A DNA stretch of 64,000 bases from Thermoanaerobaculia bacterium (GTDB lineage Bacteria; Acidobacteriota; Thermoanaerobaculia; Multivoradales; Multivoraceae): assembly GCA_963664405.1 (NCBI GenBank), contig OY761158.1, positions 6,020,556 through 6,084,555 of the forward strand. The letters run 5' to 3'. The notes under the pieces are model-generated. The model did no database searches, had not been told where the DNA came from, and saw nothing but the letters and a program-made list of their open reading frames with translations. Position 1 is the stretch's first letter. Every line of letters starts with the position of its first letter. Positions 19,058 through 29,000 of this stretch are shown piece by piece. The position numbers were made by a program, and so were the translations under genes.

Positions 19058-20011
19058 TCAGCCGCTTCCCAGGTAGGCTCGATTGAGGATCTCCGCGAGG
19101 GGATCCGGAGAGCTGCGGCCGCTCAGACGGCGCATCGCCTGGAAGTATGGCGGCTGGTATCGCAGCCGCTTAGGCAAGTGCGGTAGGACGCGGCGGATCA
19201 CGTCGGTGGCTCTGGCCGCTGCTCGACGCTCCTTCTCGCCGTAGGCGAAGCCGAATTTGTCACGAACAGCGGCCGGCAAGAGGCCGATGGTCAAGGTGCG
19301 CAGGCCAACCATGAGTGGAGCGAAGAGCGGGTCGGAGGGCACGAAGAGGTAGGCCGCGATCTCTCGTGCTGCCTTGCCGATGGCCAGCTCCTCGGAGTTC
19401 CACATTTCTTGGTTGTAGGCCTGAAAGTCGGACCAAGAGTGCGGTACATCCCCGTCCGCCAGGCCGAAAAGCCGGGCAAATACCCGGGTCTCTTGGTAGT
19501 AGCTCTCCTTGGTCTCGTCGGAGAGCGGTGCATAAAAGGTTTCGTACATGGCGATCGAGCTCTCCCAGAGGGTGGCGTGCACCCAGACGAGACCGCGCCG
19601 ATCGTTGGCGTCGTAGCGATCGCCAGGTGAGTAGGCGCCGACAGTCTCGTCGAAGGTGCCGTGGATTGCCTGATGGACTCGGTGCACATGGCGGGCTGCA
19701 TTGAGGGCCGAGTCGAGGTCGCCCCAAACCATCGGAAAGATCTGTCTGAAGGTGCGCTGAAATCGGCCACGAGGATCTGTCTTGGTTCTTGAGTGCTCCG
19801 CGATGCCCTGCGCGACCTGCGGGTGTGCGATCTGGAGAAGGGCGGCCCGACCGGAGCCGAGGAAAATCGCCGCGTGTCGATTGACTTTCCACATCTCGGA
19901 TGCGGAGCCGAAGATTCCCTCGACGGGCTCGTGCACTCCTGCAGCGACGATCTCGAGTTGTCGCTCTAGCTCGTCGGTTCGGACGAGGTGGGGGTGTTCT
20001 GGTGTCGCCAT
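19058..20011 (-). CDS. MpaB/DUF2236-family oxygenase-like protein
   Basis: Length and conserved central region typical of DUF2236 (ER-bound oxygenase MpaB-like). Confidence 0.55.
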   Translation of the reverse strand: MATPEHPHLVRTDELERQLEIVAAGVHEPVEGIFGSASEMWKVNRHAAIFLGSGRAALLQIAHPQVAQGIAEHSRTKTDPRGRFQRTFRQIFPMVWGDLDSALNAARHVHRVHQAIHGTFDETVGAYSPGDRYDANDRRGLVWVHATLWESSIAMYETFYAPLSDETKESYYQETRVFARLFGLADGDVPHSWSDFQAYNQEMWNSEELAIGKAAREIAAYLFVPSDPLFAPLMVGLRTLTIGLLPAAVRDKFGFAYGEKERRAAARATDVIRRVLPHLPKRLRYQPPYFQAMRRLSGRSSPDPLAEILNRAYLGSG

Positions 20012-20077
20012 CGGGTGAGGCCTCCAATTCAGCGGCTTGCGCGGTAGCTGAGCGGATCGTTCGCTGGGTCATGTTAC

Positions 20078-20209
20078 CTAGGCTCCAGAAATGATGGCTA
20101 TCATTTCCTCCGCCTAGTTGTCTTTTGGCGCCGAGGACGGCGCACTCAGGCGTTGCTTCCTATTCGCTCCGGGAAACGGCTCTGGCCGAATACTCGGACA
20201 CGCTCCTAG
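20078..20209. repeat. Single copy of the 127-133-bp structured repeat unit (CTAG...GAAATGAT-nnnn-ATCATTTC...TTGGCGCCGAGGACGGCGC...CCGAATACTCGGACACGCTCCTAG)
   Basis: About 95% identical to the units at 23550-23809. It lies in the divergent promoter region between the 19058-20011 gene (minus) and the 20449-21348 gene (plus). Confidence 0.75.
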
Positions 20210-20448
20210 CCTGGATTATTCATGAAGCTCCTACTACGGTGCCGCAGCTGCCTGAATCTACTGCGTTGCGCTCTGACTGGGCGTCCCCGTCGCGCCCCTC
20301 GACGTATTGCCCAATACGCCTGCGGTGCTCTCGGTCGCGACGCCTTGTATCTTCAGGCATCTGCGGCACCTTGCTACGGACCTCATGAATAGTCCAGGCT
20401 AGAGAACGCGATAGCATCGACCTTCTCGCCCCGAGGAGGTCCGATCGA

Positions 20449-21348
20449 ATGCGTTTCTCTTTTTGGCCCACGCCCACTCAATCGTGGAGCGAAGTTCTCT
20501 TTCTCGCGAAGCATGTCGAGAAGACCGGCTGGGACGGCTTCTGGTATGCCGATCACTTCATGCCGAACAGCACCGATCTCGACGTTCCGATCAACGAATG
20601 TTGGACTGTTCTGGCCGGAATTGCTGCTGCCGTGCCGCGTCTCCGTTTGGGCCCGCTGGTCACCGGCAACACTTACCGGCATCCTGCTGTACTGGCGAAG
20701 ATGGCGGCGACGGTGGACCAGATCAGCGGCGGAAGAGTGGTGCTCGGCCTCGGCTCAGGCTGGCAGGAGAACGAGCACAAGGCTTACGGGATCGAGTTCT
20801 CGACCATTCCCGGTCGGCTGGCCCGCTTGGACGAGGCATGTCAGGTGATCAGAGGTCTCTTCAGCGGGGATCGGACCGACTTCGACGGTAAGTATTACCA
20901 ACTGAGAGGGGCGCCGCTCTCCCCCAAGCCGGTTCAGAGCCCCCTGCCGCTGCTTGTTGGCGGCGGCGGCGAGAAGGTCACCTTGCGGATTACCGCCAAC
21001 TATGCCGATGAGTGGAACGTTTGGGCCGACGTCGAGACGTTGAAGCACAAGATGGCCGTCCTCGACGCGCATTGTGAGGATTTAGGTAGGGATCCAGCCG
21101 AGATCAAGCGCTCCGCGCAGGCTATGGTTTTCCTCAGTGACGACCCAGCCGAGGTCGAGAAAGCGAGCTCGCGCCCGGGCCTTCCGGTGATGGCGGGAAA
21201 TGTGGAGGAGGTGCGCGACACAGTTGCGGCATATGCCGCTACGGGTCTCGACGAACTGATCGTTCCCGACTTCGTCATGGGGCCGCGAGAGCGGAAGCTG
21301 CCGATGTTGGATCAGTTCATCGAAGAGGTGGCCTCAGTTGCCCGTTGA
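20449..21348 (+). CDS. LLM-class F420-dependent oxidoreductase
   Basis: Luciferase-like TIM-barrel signatures (GWDGFWYADHF, GGRVVLGLGSGW). Confidence 0.8.
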   Translation: MRFSFWPTPTQSWSEVLFLAKHVEKTGWDGFWYADHFMPNSTDLDVPINECWTVLAGIAAAVPRLRLGPLVTGNTYRHPAVLAKMAATVDQISGGRVVLGLGSGWQENEHKAYGIEFSTIPGRLARLDEACQVIRGLFSGDRTDFDGKYYQLRGAPLSPKPVQSPLPLLVGGGGEKVTLRITANYADEWNVWADVETLKHKMAVLDAHCEDLGRDPAEIKRSAQAMVFLSDDPAEVEKASSRPGLPVMAGNVEEVRDTVAAYAATGLDELIVPDFVMGPRERKLPMLDQFIEEVASVAR

Positions 21349-22027
21349 AAGGGTGATGAAGGTGGCTGTCGGCGGTAGCGCTCTCTTTCTCGCTCTGGCG
21401 GCGTCGAGCCCCGCTGCAGAGCAGCCTCGGCGGGTTTCCTTCGACACCACCGACGGCGGGGTCATCGTTGCCGATCTCTACCCGGGAGGAGCGCACGGCG
21501 TCGTGCTCGCCCACGGTGCAGTTTTCGATAAAGAGAGCTGGAGCAAGCAGGCCGTCGCGTTGGTGGCCGAGGGCCTGACCGTGCTGGCCATCGACTTCAG
21601 GGGCTACGGCAAATCACAGGGCGGAAGCGCGAGGGATGATCTTTCGTTGGACGTGCTCGGCGCAGTCGCCTATCTCCGCGAGCAGGGCGCCGAGCAGGTC
21701 TCTGTGCTGGGTGGAAGCATGGGCGCCGCGGCTTCCGCTTCAGCCGCACGCCGGGCCGATGTGGGCTCGATTCACAAGCTCATTCTTCTGGCTCCGCCTC
21801 CCTTTGGCGGCGCCGAGAATCTGCGCGCAACGGCGACGCTTTTCGTTGTGAGTCGAGGCGACGGTCTCAGGTCGTCGGTAGAGAAGCACTTCGAAGCGGC
21901 GCCGGAGCCAAAGAGGCTCGTCGTTCTGAAGGGAAGCGCCCACGCCCAACATATCTTCAAGACCGGTCGAGGCGCCGAGCTGATGAGCCTCCTGGTCGAG
22001 TTCCTCGTCGAAGAACCGACTCAATAG
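21338..22027 (+). CDS. Secreted alpha/beta-hydrolase (dienelactone-hydrolase-like)
   Basis: Signal peptide. The nucleophile elbow GGSMG and HGAVFDKESW resemble DLH-family hydrolases. Confidence 0.7.
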   Translation: MPVERVMKVAVGGSALFLALAASSPAAEQPRRVSFDTTDGGVIVADLYPGGAHGVVLAHGAVFDKESWSKQAVALVAEGLTVLAIDFRGYGKSQGGSARDDLSLDVLGAVAYLREQGAEQVSVLGGSMGAAASASAARRADVGSIHKLILLAPPPFGGAENLRATATLFVVSRGDGLRSSVEKHFEAAPEPKRLVVLKGSAHAQHIFKTGRGAELMSLLVEFLVEEPTQ

Positions 22028-22110
22028 TTGCAGATCGTGTCCTGGCTTTGCTTGGAGGTGATGAGCTAGAACTGCGCCTCTCATGTTGGGTGATCGCGGG
22101 TGTGAGCCGT

Positions 22111-23535
22111 TCAGAAGGGGGTCCTTTCGGCCCAGGGGCGTGCCTTCTCGAGCTGGGCCGCCAGTCGAAAGAGAGAAGCTTCGTCGCCGAAGGGGGCGGC
22201 GAATTGAATGCCGATCGGGAGACCGGCGGCGCTCCAGGCGAGGGGAACCGACATCGCCGGATTGCCCGCCACGTTCATGAGCTGGGTGAAGGCGATGGTC
22301 TGGAAGAGGTGAATCATGGTGTCGTCGACATCATCGGTGGAGAGAGACAGCAGACCCAGCTTCTTCGGCGGAGTCGCCATGGTGGGGGAGAGTAGGACGT
22401 CCCAATTGTCGAAGAATTGGGCCACCTGGCGGCCTACTCGGTGCACGACCCTGATGGCGAGCGCGTAGTCGGCACTGGTAGCCTGCTTCGCGTTCTCCGC
22501 CATGGAATAGGTGACCGGCTCGACATCATCCTCGGTGTATGCCCTCCCGACCACTTTCGCGCGCTCTTCGAGATTGGCGCGGATGTTGGCGCCGACGATG
22601 GTGCCGGCGGCTCTGGATAGGTCCTCTCGATCGAGCTCGGGCGCCGCCTCTTCGACTTCGTGTCCGAGCTCTTGGCATAGGCGGGCGACTTCCTCAGCGG
22701 CGGCAATGCACTCCGGGTCGACCTGCGAGTTGTTGAAGGCGCGGGTAGTGAGAGCGATGCGTAGTTTGCCGGGAGGGCGGGAAAGCTCTCCCAGGTAGGG
22801 GCGAGTGGGAGGCGGCGCCCAATACGGATCGCCGGGTTCGGGTCCGGCGGCGATGTCGAGCAGGGCGGCGCTGTCGCGAACCGAGCGACTGACTACGTGC
22901 GCCGTGCTCAGGCCACTCCAACCTTCGCCCAGGTCGGGCCCGGAGGAGACGCGGGCGCGGCTGGGCTTGAGACCGAAGAGTCCGCAGCACGATGCCGGAA
23001 TACGGATCGAGCCCCCGCCGTCACTGGCGTGTGCTGCCGGGAGGATGCCGGCCGCGACCGCGGCGGCGGCGCCGCCCGACGAACCTCCCGCGACGTGCTC
23101 CAGGTTCCATGGATTGCGGGTTACGCCGAAGAGGACCGATTCTGTGGAAGTCGTGAGCCCGAACTCGGGAGATGCGCTCTTGCCGAAGACCACCAGGCCC
23201 GCGTTCTTGTAGCGGCGCACCAGGTAGCTGTCGTGATCGGCGACCTGGTCGGCGTAGAAGCGACATCCGTGGGTGGTGATGGCGCCCTTGTAGTAGACAC
23301 CCAGATCCTTGAGCAGGAAGGGGACCCCTCGCAGTGGACCCGCGGGCAGATCTCCGCGCGTCCGCGCTCTTGCCTCATCGAACATGGGGATTGCAATGGA
23401 GTTGAGATCCGTGCCGACTTCCTCCGCCCGGGCAATGGCGGCTTCGAGGATCTCGGTGGTCTCGAAATCCCCCGCGGCGATATGCGAGGCAAGGGCTAGG
23501 GCATCGAGCTTTGCGTACTCTTCGAACGACAACAT
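22111..23535 (-). CDS. Amidase (amidase-signature family)
   Basis: GGSSGG signature, conserved Ser-cisSer-Lys region, 474 aa. Confidence 0.9.
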   Translation of the reverse strand: MLSFEEYAKLDALALASHIAAGDFETTEILEAAIARAEEVGTDLNSIAIPMFDEARARTRGDLPAGPLRGVPFLLKDLGVYYKGAITTHGCRFYADQVADHDSYLVRRYKNAGLVVFGKSASPEFGLTTSTESVLFGVTRNPWNLEHVAGGSSGGAAAAVAAGILPAAHASDGGGSIRIPASCCGLFGLKPSRARVSSGPDLGEGWSGLSTAHVVSRSVRDSAALLDIAAGPEPGDPYWAPPPTRPYLGELSRPPGKLRIALTTRAFNNSQVDPECIAAAEEVARLCQELGHEVEEAAPELDREDLSRAAGTIVGANIRANLEERAKVVGRAYTEDDVEPVTYSMAENAKQATSADYALAIRVVHRVGRQVAQFFDNWDVLLSPTMATPPKKLGLLSLSTDDVDDTMIHLFQTIAFTQLMNVAGNPAMSVPLAWSAAGLPIGIQFAAPFGDEASLFRLAAQLEKARPWAERTPF

Positions 23536-23549
23536 GAGGTTCTCTCCTT

Positions 23550-23870
23550 CTAGGCTCCAGAAATGATGGCTATCATTTCCTCCGCCTAGTTGTCTCTTGG
23601 CGCCGAGGACGGCGCACTCAGGCGTAGCTTCTTATTCGCTCCGGGAAACGGCTCAGGCCGAATACTCGGACACGCTCCTAGCCTCCAGAAATGATTGATA
23701 TCATTTCCTCCGGCTAGTTGCCCTTTGGCGCCGAGGACGGCGCACTCGGGCGTAGCTTCCTATTCGCTCCGGGAAACGGCTCAGGAGGAATACTCGGACA
23801 CGCTCCTAGCCTCCGGGAGTGATCGCTATCTAGTTTCTGTTTGGCGCCGAGGACGGCCCATTCGGAGTCC
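23550..23870. repeat. Tandem array of about 2.5 copies of the 127-133-bp structured repeat, immediately upstream of the amidase start codon
   Basis: Units at 23550-23676, 23677-23809 and a degenerate partial 23806 to about 23870. Each is bounded by CTAG and contains the GAAATGAT/ATCATTTC and GGCGCCGAGGACGGCGC hairpins. There are no spacers, so this is not CRISPR. Confidence 0.8.
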
Positions 23871-24657
23871 TCTGACCTGGACTCCGGCGCTCGCCGAGGC
23901 GACCGATGATGGCGCGTAGGGCCTCCAGACCTTCGACGAGTCGCGGGGAGGGGCGACCGAGGATCGCTTCAGGGACCACGAAGACCCTTTTCTTGCGCAA
24001 CGCCGCGAGATCCTTCCACGCTGGGTTCTCGTAGATCAACTCGGGACGGATCTTGTCGGTCTTGATGCCGCACCAGGAGAGCACGATGGCGTCGGGGTCG
24101 AGCTCTCGGACCTCGTTATCGGTCAGCGGGCGACTCTTTACTTCCTCGTTAGCGAGCGGATTGCTGCCTCCGGCGGCGACGATCAAGTCGTGGGTCCAGC
24201 TGCGGCGACCCGGTGCAATTACCGGTTTGGGCCACCATTGGACCAGGACGGAGGGTGGATTCTCGTAGGGGTGGCTGCCGGGTTCCAAAGCGTCGCGCAA
24301 GCGAGCAATCAGGGCAGCCCCCTCCGCTGGGTGCCCAAGATGCTCGGCGATCTGGGTAATGCTCTCGAGCACATCTCCGATCGATGTGGGCTCTGGCGCA
24401 AGGAAAGGGAGCGCGGCGGCTTGAAGCTTCTCGATGACCACTTCGTGACCGGGGACGGTGAGCGAGGCCAGGACCAGGTCGGGCTCGAGGGCGGCGACCT
24501 TCTCGATGTCGGGGCTCAGATCAGGGCCGACGCGGGGGAGCCCGTCTACGACCTCGGCGGGGAAGTCACTATGGTCGTCAACACCGACGAGGCAACTAGC
24601 GAGCCCGAGCTCACAGAGGATCTCGGTGTTCGAGCAGGCCAGAGAAACAACGCGCAT
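23830..24657 (-). CDS. TroA/BtuF-like periplasmic-binding-fold protein (cobalamin/siderophore-type substrate-binding protein). No obvious signal peptide
   Basis: MRVVSLACSNTEILCELG start and class-III SBP fold signatures. The C-terminal 14 codons extend into the repeat array. Confidence 0.65.
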   Translation of the reverse strand: MRVVSLACSNTEILCELGLASCLVGVDDHSDFPAEVVDGLPRVGPDLSPDIEKVAALEPDLVLASLTVPGHEVVIEKLQAAALPFLAPEPTSIGDVLESITQIAEHLGHPAEGAALIARLRDALEPGSHPYENPPSVLVQWWPKPVIAPGRRSWTHDLIVAAGGSNPLANEEVKSRPLTDNEVRELDPDAIVLSWCGIKTDKIRPELIYENPAWKDLAALRKKRVFVVPEAILGRPSPRLVEGLEALRAIIGRLGERRSPGQRTPNGPSSAPNRN

Positions 24658-24700
24658 CGAGACTTACTGTATCGTCGAGGGGAGAGCTTTCGATTTGGCG

Positions 24701-25453
24701 ATGCGATTGGCGGGTTTGCGCTGGGTGCTTGGTAAGACGTTCTGGGGAGCCGTCTTACTCGTTGGCGTGTCCTGGTATTTCAAGGGTTCGCCGGTTCCCC
24801 CGGAGGCCGTCGACCCTCGGCTGCTCGAGCCGCCTCGGCAGCTCGCCACCGACCGTGCGGCTTTCGACTTCGAGTACAAGGGGAAGCAGTGCCGTGTGCG
24901 CCCGGTCGCTGATTACGAGATTCACGGCCTGGTTGTCAGCCACAACAATATCGAGAGCCTTGCCGACATCTACCATGACAGCACCTCGGTCGACACCAAG
25001 GATCTGTGTGTGCTGTGGGGAAACAACCTGCGCAGTGATGATTTTCACCAAGTGCGTTTTTCGAGCGGTCCTTTCACTTGCTACTTTCGCTACCCGGCCG
25101 CAGTCTCCTTTGATCATGAAGGGCTCTCCAATAACCACCTCATTACCGACGATCTCCTAGTGCGACAGCGTATCGGGCAGGTCAATGTGGGTGACCAGGT
25201 TCGCCTCAGAGGCTTCCTGGCGAACTATCAGATGGAGGACTGGGAGTCGTTCTGGAGGGAGACGAGCACGACCAGGAAGGATTCTGATTGTGAGGTGATG
25301 TTTGTCGAAGAGGTGGAGATCCTACGGCGAGGAACGCCGGGGTGGTACGCCGCATACAGGCTCGGTTGGGTTCTACTCGCCGCGATTCCGGTGCTCTTTG
25401 TGATCGCACTGTGGCTGGAGTCGGCCCCTCCGTCGGCGGCCACGCGCGGTTGA
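24701..25453 (+). CDS. Hypothetical membrane-anchored protein (N- and C-terminal TM segments)
   Basis: ORF with the start moved to M at 24701 to avoid overlap with the convergent gene. Hydrophobic termini. Confidence 0.4.
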   Translation: MRLAGLRWVLGKTFWGAVLLVGVSWYFKGSPVPPEAVDPRLLEPPRQLATDRAAFDFEYKGKQCRVRPVADYEIHGLVVSHNNIESLADIYHDSTSVDTKDLCVLWGNNLRSDDFHQVRFSSGPFTCYFRYPAAVSFDHEGLSNNHLITDDLLVRQRIGQVNVGDQVRLRGFLANYQMEDWESFWRETSTTRKDSDCEVMFVEEVEILRRGTPGWYAAYRLGWVLLAAIPVLFVIALWLESAPPSAATRG

Positions 25454-25458
25454 CGCTC

Positions 25459-25977
25459 TCAGCTCACCACGAAAGTCTGCGCGGCACGATCCTTCTTGGG
25501 GCCGGGGAAGGCGAGGGCGCGGCCGTGGGCGACGACCCAGACTCCCGGTTGCAGAGTGCCGGTCGCGAAGATCGCTTCAGTGAGGTTCTGTAGGGCGTCG
25601 GAGCGCTTCATCTCGAAGGGGCGGATGGCCCCGGTGAGAATGACCGGAATCTCGATGGGGTTCAGGCCACCGCGGAGTAGCTCTCCGGTCTGGGTGAGGG
25701 TGTCGGTGCCGTGAAGGATGACGACACCATCGCTGCCAGTGCTCCTGTTTTCGGCGCCGGCGAGTCGTGCGGCTTCCAGGATTCGTTGGCGATCGGTATC
25801 GGTCATCTCCAGGGAGTCCTTGGACATCAGTTCGATTACCGAGATCTCAGTGTTCTCGAGGCGAAGCTCGGCCAACATTCGGCGGACCTGACTGGAAAGG
25901 TTGACCAATTCGCCGCTGTTCTCGTCGTAGGTCTTCTCTATGGTGCCACCCGTGGTGATGATAGTGATCCGCCTCAT
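25459..25977 (-). CDS. Asparaginase-domain protein (stand-alone N-terminal domain of type I L-asparaginase)
   Basis: TGGTI motif (ITIITTGGTIEKTYD) and ILHGTDTL. Confidence 0.7.
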   Translation of the reverse strand: MRRITIITTGGTIEKTYDENSGELVNLSSQVRRMLAELRLENTEISVIELMSKDSLEMTDTDRQRILEAARLAGAENRSTGSDGVVILHGTDTLTQTGELLRGGLNPIEIPVILTGAIRPFEMKRSDALQNLTEAIFATGTLQPGVWVVAHGRALAFPGPKKDRAAQTFVVS

Positions 25978-26025
25978 CTCGAGATCCTATCGGAGGCGGG
26001 GCCCTTCGCCAGGACGGCTTGGTCT

Positions 26026-29000
26026 CTACCGGAAGTCGTGGCTCGGGATCTCGGCCAGGCTCTCGAGAGGCCACAGACGATCGGCTCGGATGGAGAGAGA
26101 GCCGTCCCGCTTTTGTAGTAGCCCCTCGATGATGAGAGCCGACGACCCAACGATGGTCTTGCGGTACTTTTGGAGCAGTTGAGGGCTCACCATCGCCTGC
26201 ACCATTCCGGTCTCGTCTTCTACAGTGACGAAGAGAAGGCCTTTTGCTGTCCCCGGGCGTTGACGCACGATTACCGACCCTGCTGTGCGCACCTGTAGAT
26301 TCGCCGGTAGTTTGTCGAGACTTGCGGCACTGCGGATTCCCTTCTGATCGAGACTCTTTCTCCAGTACTCCATGGGATGTGGACCGACGGTTACATCGGT
26401 TGTGACGAAGTCGGCCACGGTCTCTTCCAGCTTCGACATCTCCGGCAGGGGAGAGGGGCTGCGGTCGGCAGAGTCGTCAAAGAGAGGGCCGGTGGCGCGT
26501 GAGACTCGGGCGACCTGCCACAGGGCCTTTCGCCGGGTCAGCTGCAGTGAAGCCATAGCGCCGGCATGAGCGAGAGCGACCAGCTCGTTCTCTCGCAGCC
26601 CGCAACGCCGGGCGAGATCCTCGGGATTGTCGAAAGGGGCTCGGTGGCGTTCCTTCTCGATCGTCTGTCCCGCTACTTTACGCAGGCCCTTGATAAAGCG
26701 GAGGCCGAGTCGGAGAGCTCCCTTTGCTTGTCGTTGCCTGCCTCCGGACTCTGTGCCGTTGACATTCGGCTCCCAAGTGCATTTCCACCCTGACAGGTTG
26801 ACGTCGATGGGTCGAGCTTCGACACCGCGACGCTGGGCATCCTTGATCAGGGTTGCGGGGTGGTAGAAGCCCATCGGCCAGGCATTGAGTAGCGATACAT
26901 AGAAGGCGGTGGGGTGGTACACCTTGAGGAAGGCGCTGGCGTAGGCGATGAGGGCGAAGCTGGCCGAATGGGATTCGGGAAAGCCGTATAGAGCGAAGGA
27001 AGTGATCTGCTGGACGACCTCGTCTTGGGCTTTGCCGGTAATCCCTCGTTCCGTCATCCCTACTCTCAGTCGATTCTCGATCTTTTCCATCCGCTCCATG
27101 GAGCGTTTGAACCCCATCGCGCGGCGCAACTCTTCGGCTTCACCGCCGGAGAAGCCGGCGGCGACCATGGCGATCTTGAGGATCTGCTCTTGAAAGATGG
27201 GCACGCCGAGAGTGCGTCGGAGAATGGGCTCCAGGCTGGGGTGTGGGTAGCGCACCTCCTCTCGGCCCATGCGGCGTTCGAAATAGGGGTGGGCCATCTT
27301 GCCGACGATGGGTCCGGGGCGGATGATGGCGATCTGGATGACCAGATCGTAGAAGCGGCGGGGATCATTGCGGGGAAGAGAGGCCATCTGAGCACGGCTC
27401 TCGACTTGGAAGAGGCCGACGGTGTCGGCTTGACGGAGAAGGCGGTAGATCTTCGGGTCATCGGCGGGGAGCTGGGCATAATCGACCTTGACCCCTTCGC
27501 ACTGCCGGATCATCGGTACGGCTTCTTCTAGAGCGTTGAGCATGCCGAGGCCGAGAAGATCCACTTTGATGATGCCGAGGTCGGCGCAGTCGTCTTTATC
27601 CCACTGCACGACGACGCGCCCCTCCATCGATGCGGGCTCGAGGGGTACGACTTCGTCGAGACGTCCGGCAGCAATCACCATCCCGCCCGAGTGTTGACCT
27701 AGATGGCGGGGAAGGTTCTGGATTGCGTGCCACATCTCGGAGAAGAGCCGGATGCGAGAATCCCCGGGATCGAAGCCGGCGGATTTGAGCTCTTCACTCA
27801 TGTCCTTCGAGTCGCCGCGATGGATGTCGTAGCGCCAGCTACCGAGTTGTTTGGAGAGGCGGTCGACTTGGGCTTCGGAGTAGCCGAGCACTTTTGAGAC
27901 CTCGCGCGCCGCCATGCGATCGCGATAGGTGATGACGTTGGCGGTCATCGCGGAGCCATGGACGCCGTAGCGCTGATAGACGTACTGAATGACCTTTTCT
28001 CGTGGATCGCCCGAGGGTAGGTCGAGGTCGATATCGGGCCATTCGCCGCGTTCTTCGGAGAGGAAACGCTCGAACAGGAGCTCCATCTTGACCGGATCGA
28101 CCGCGGTGATCGACAGTGCGTAGCAGACTGCGCTGTTGGCCGCTGAGCCACGGCCCTGGGCCATGATCCTGTTCCTCTGGCAGAAACGTACGATGTCCCA
28201 GACAATGAGGAAGTAGCCCTCGAGCTCGAGCTTCTCGATCATGGTGAGCTCTTTCTCGATCTGCGCTTGTGCTTTTGCTGTGAGGGGACGAAAGCGAGCT
28301 CGAGCTCCGTTCCAAGTGATCTGACGCAGATAAGAACCGGGAGTTTCTCCGGCGGGCAGAGGGTAATTGGGGAAGCGGTAGCCGAGGTCGGCGAGGGTGA
28401 AGTCCAGATCGTGGGCGAGCTCCAGGCTGTGCTCCACCGCTTCAGGACAGTCGCGAAAGAGCTCAGCCATAGAAGCGGCTCCCTTGAAATGACGTTGGCG
28501 TTCGAGATGGAGCAGTGCGCCTGCTTCGTCGAGTTTGGTGTGATGGCGGAGACAAGTGAGGATGTCGAAGAGGTTCTTGTCACTTTCCTGGGCATAGCGC
28601 ACGCCATTGGTGGCGAGCAGGGGGAGGCGCAGGCTATGGGCGAGATCGACCAGTGCCTTATTGCGCTCCTCCTCCACACGCAGCGAATGTCGCTGCACTT
28701 CGATCGAGAGTCTGTCGGTGAAGAGGTCGGTGAGTCGTTGGAGAAGGGTTCGTGCGCCGGAGATGCCTCGGTGACGAAGCGCGCTTGCGAGGAGGCCCTC
28801 TTCGCCTCCGGTGATGCAGTAAAGCCCTCCGACGTGATCGTGCAGACTTTCCCAGGTGACTCTGGCTTCGCCCTTGGGGTGGTTGAGGGCAGAGGCGGTG
28901 ATCAGCTTGCATAGATTCTTATAGCCCTCGTCGTTGGCGACGAGGAGAGTGAGGCGGGGCTCTCCGCTCTCGTCTTCGACGACGACCTCCGAGCCCACCA

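Noticed and set aside
23550-23870. Possible CRISPR array
   Set aside because: The units are 127-133 bp, near-identical and directly abutted, with no unique spacers. There is no cas gene nearby. This is a tandem structured repeat, not CRISPR.
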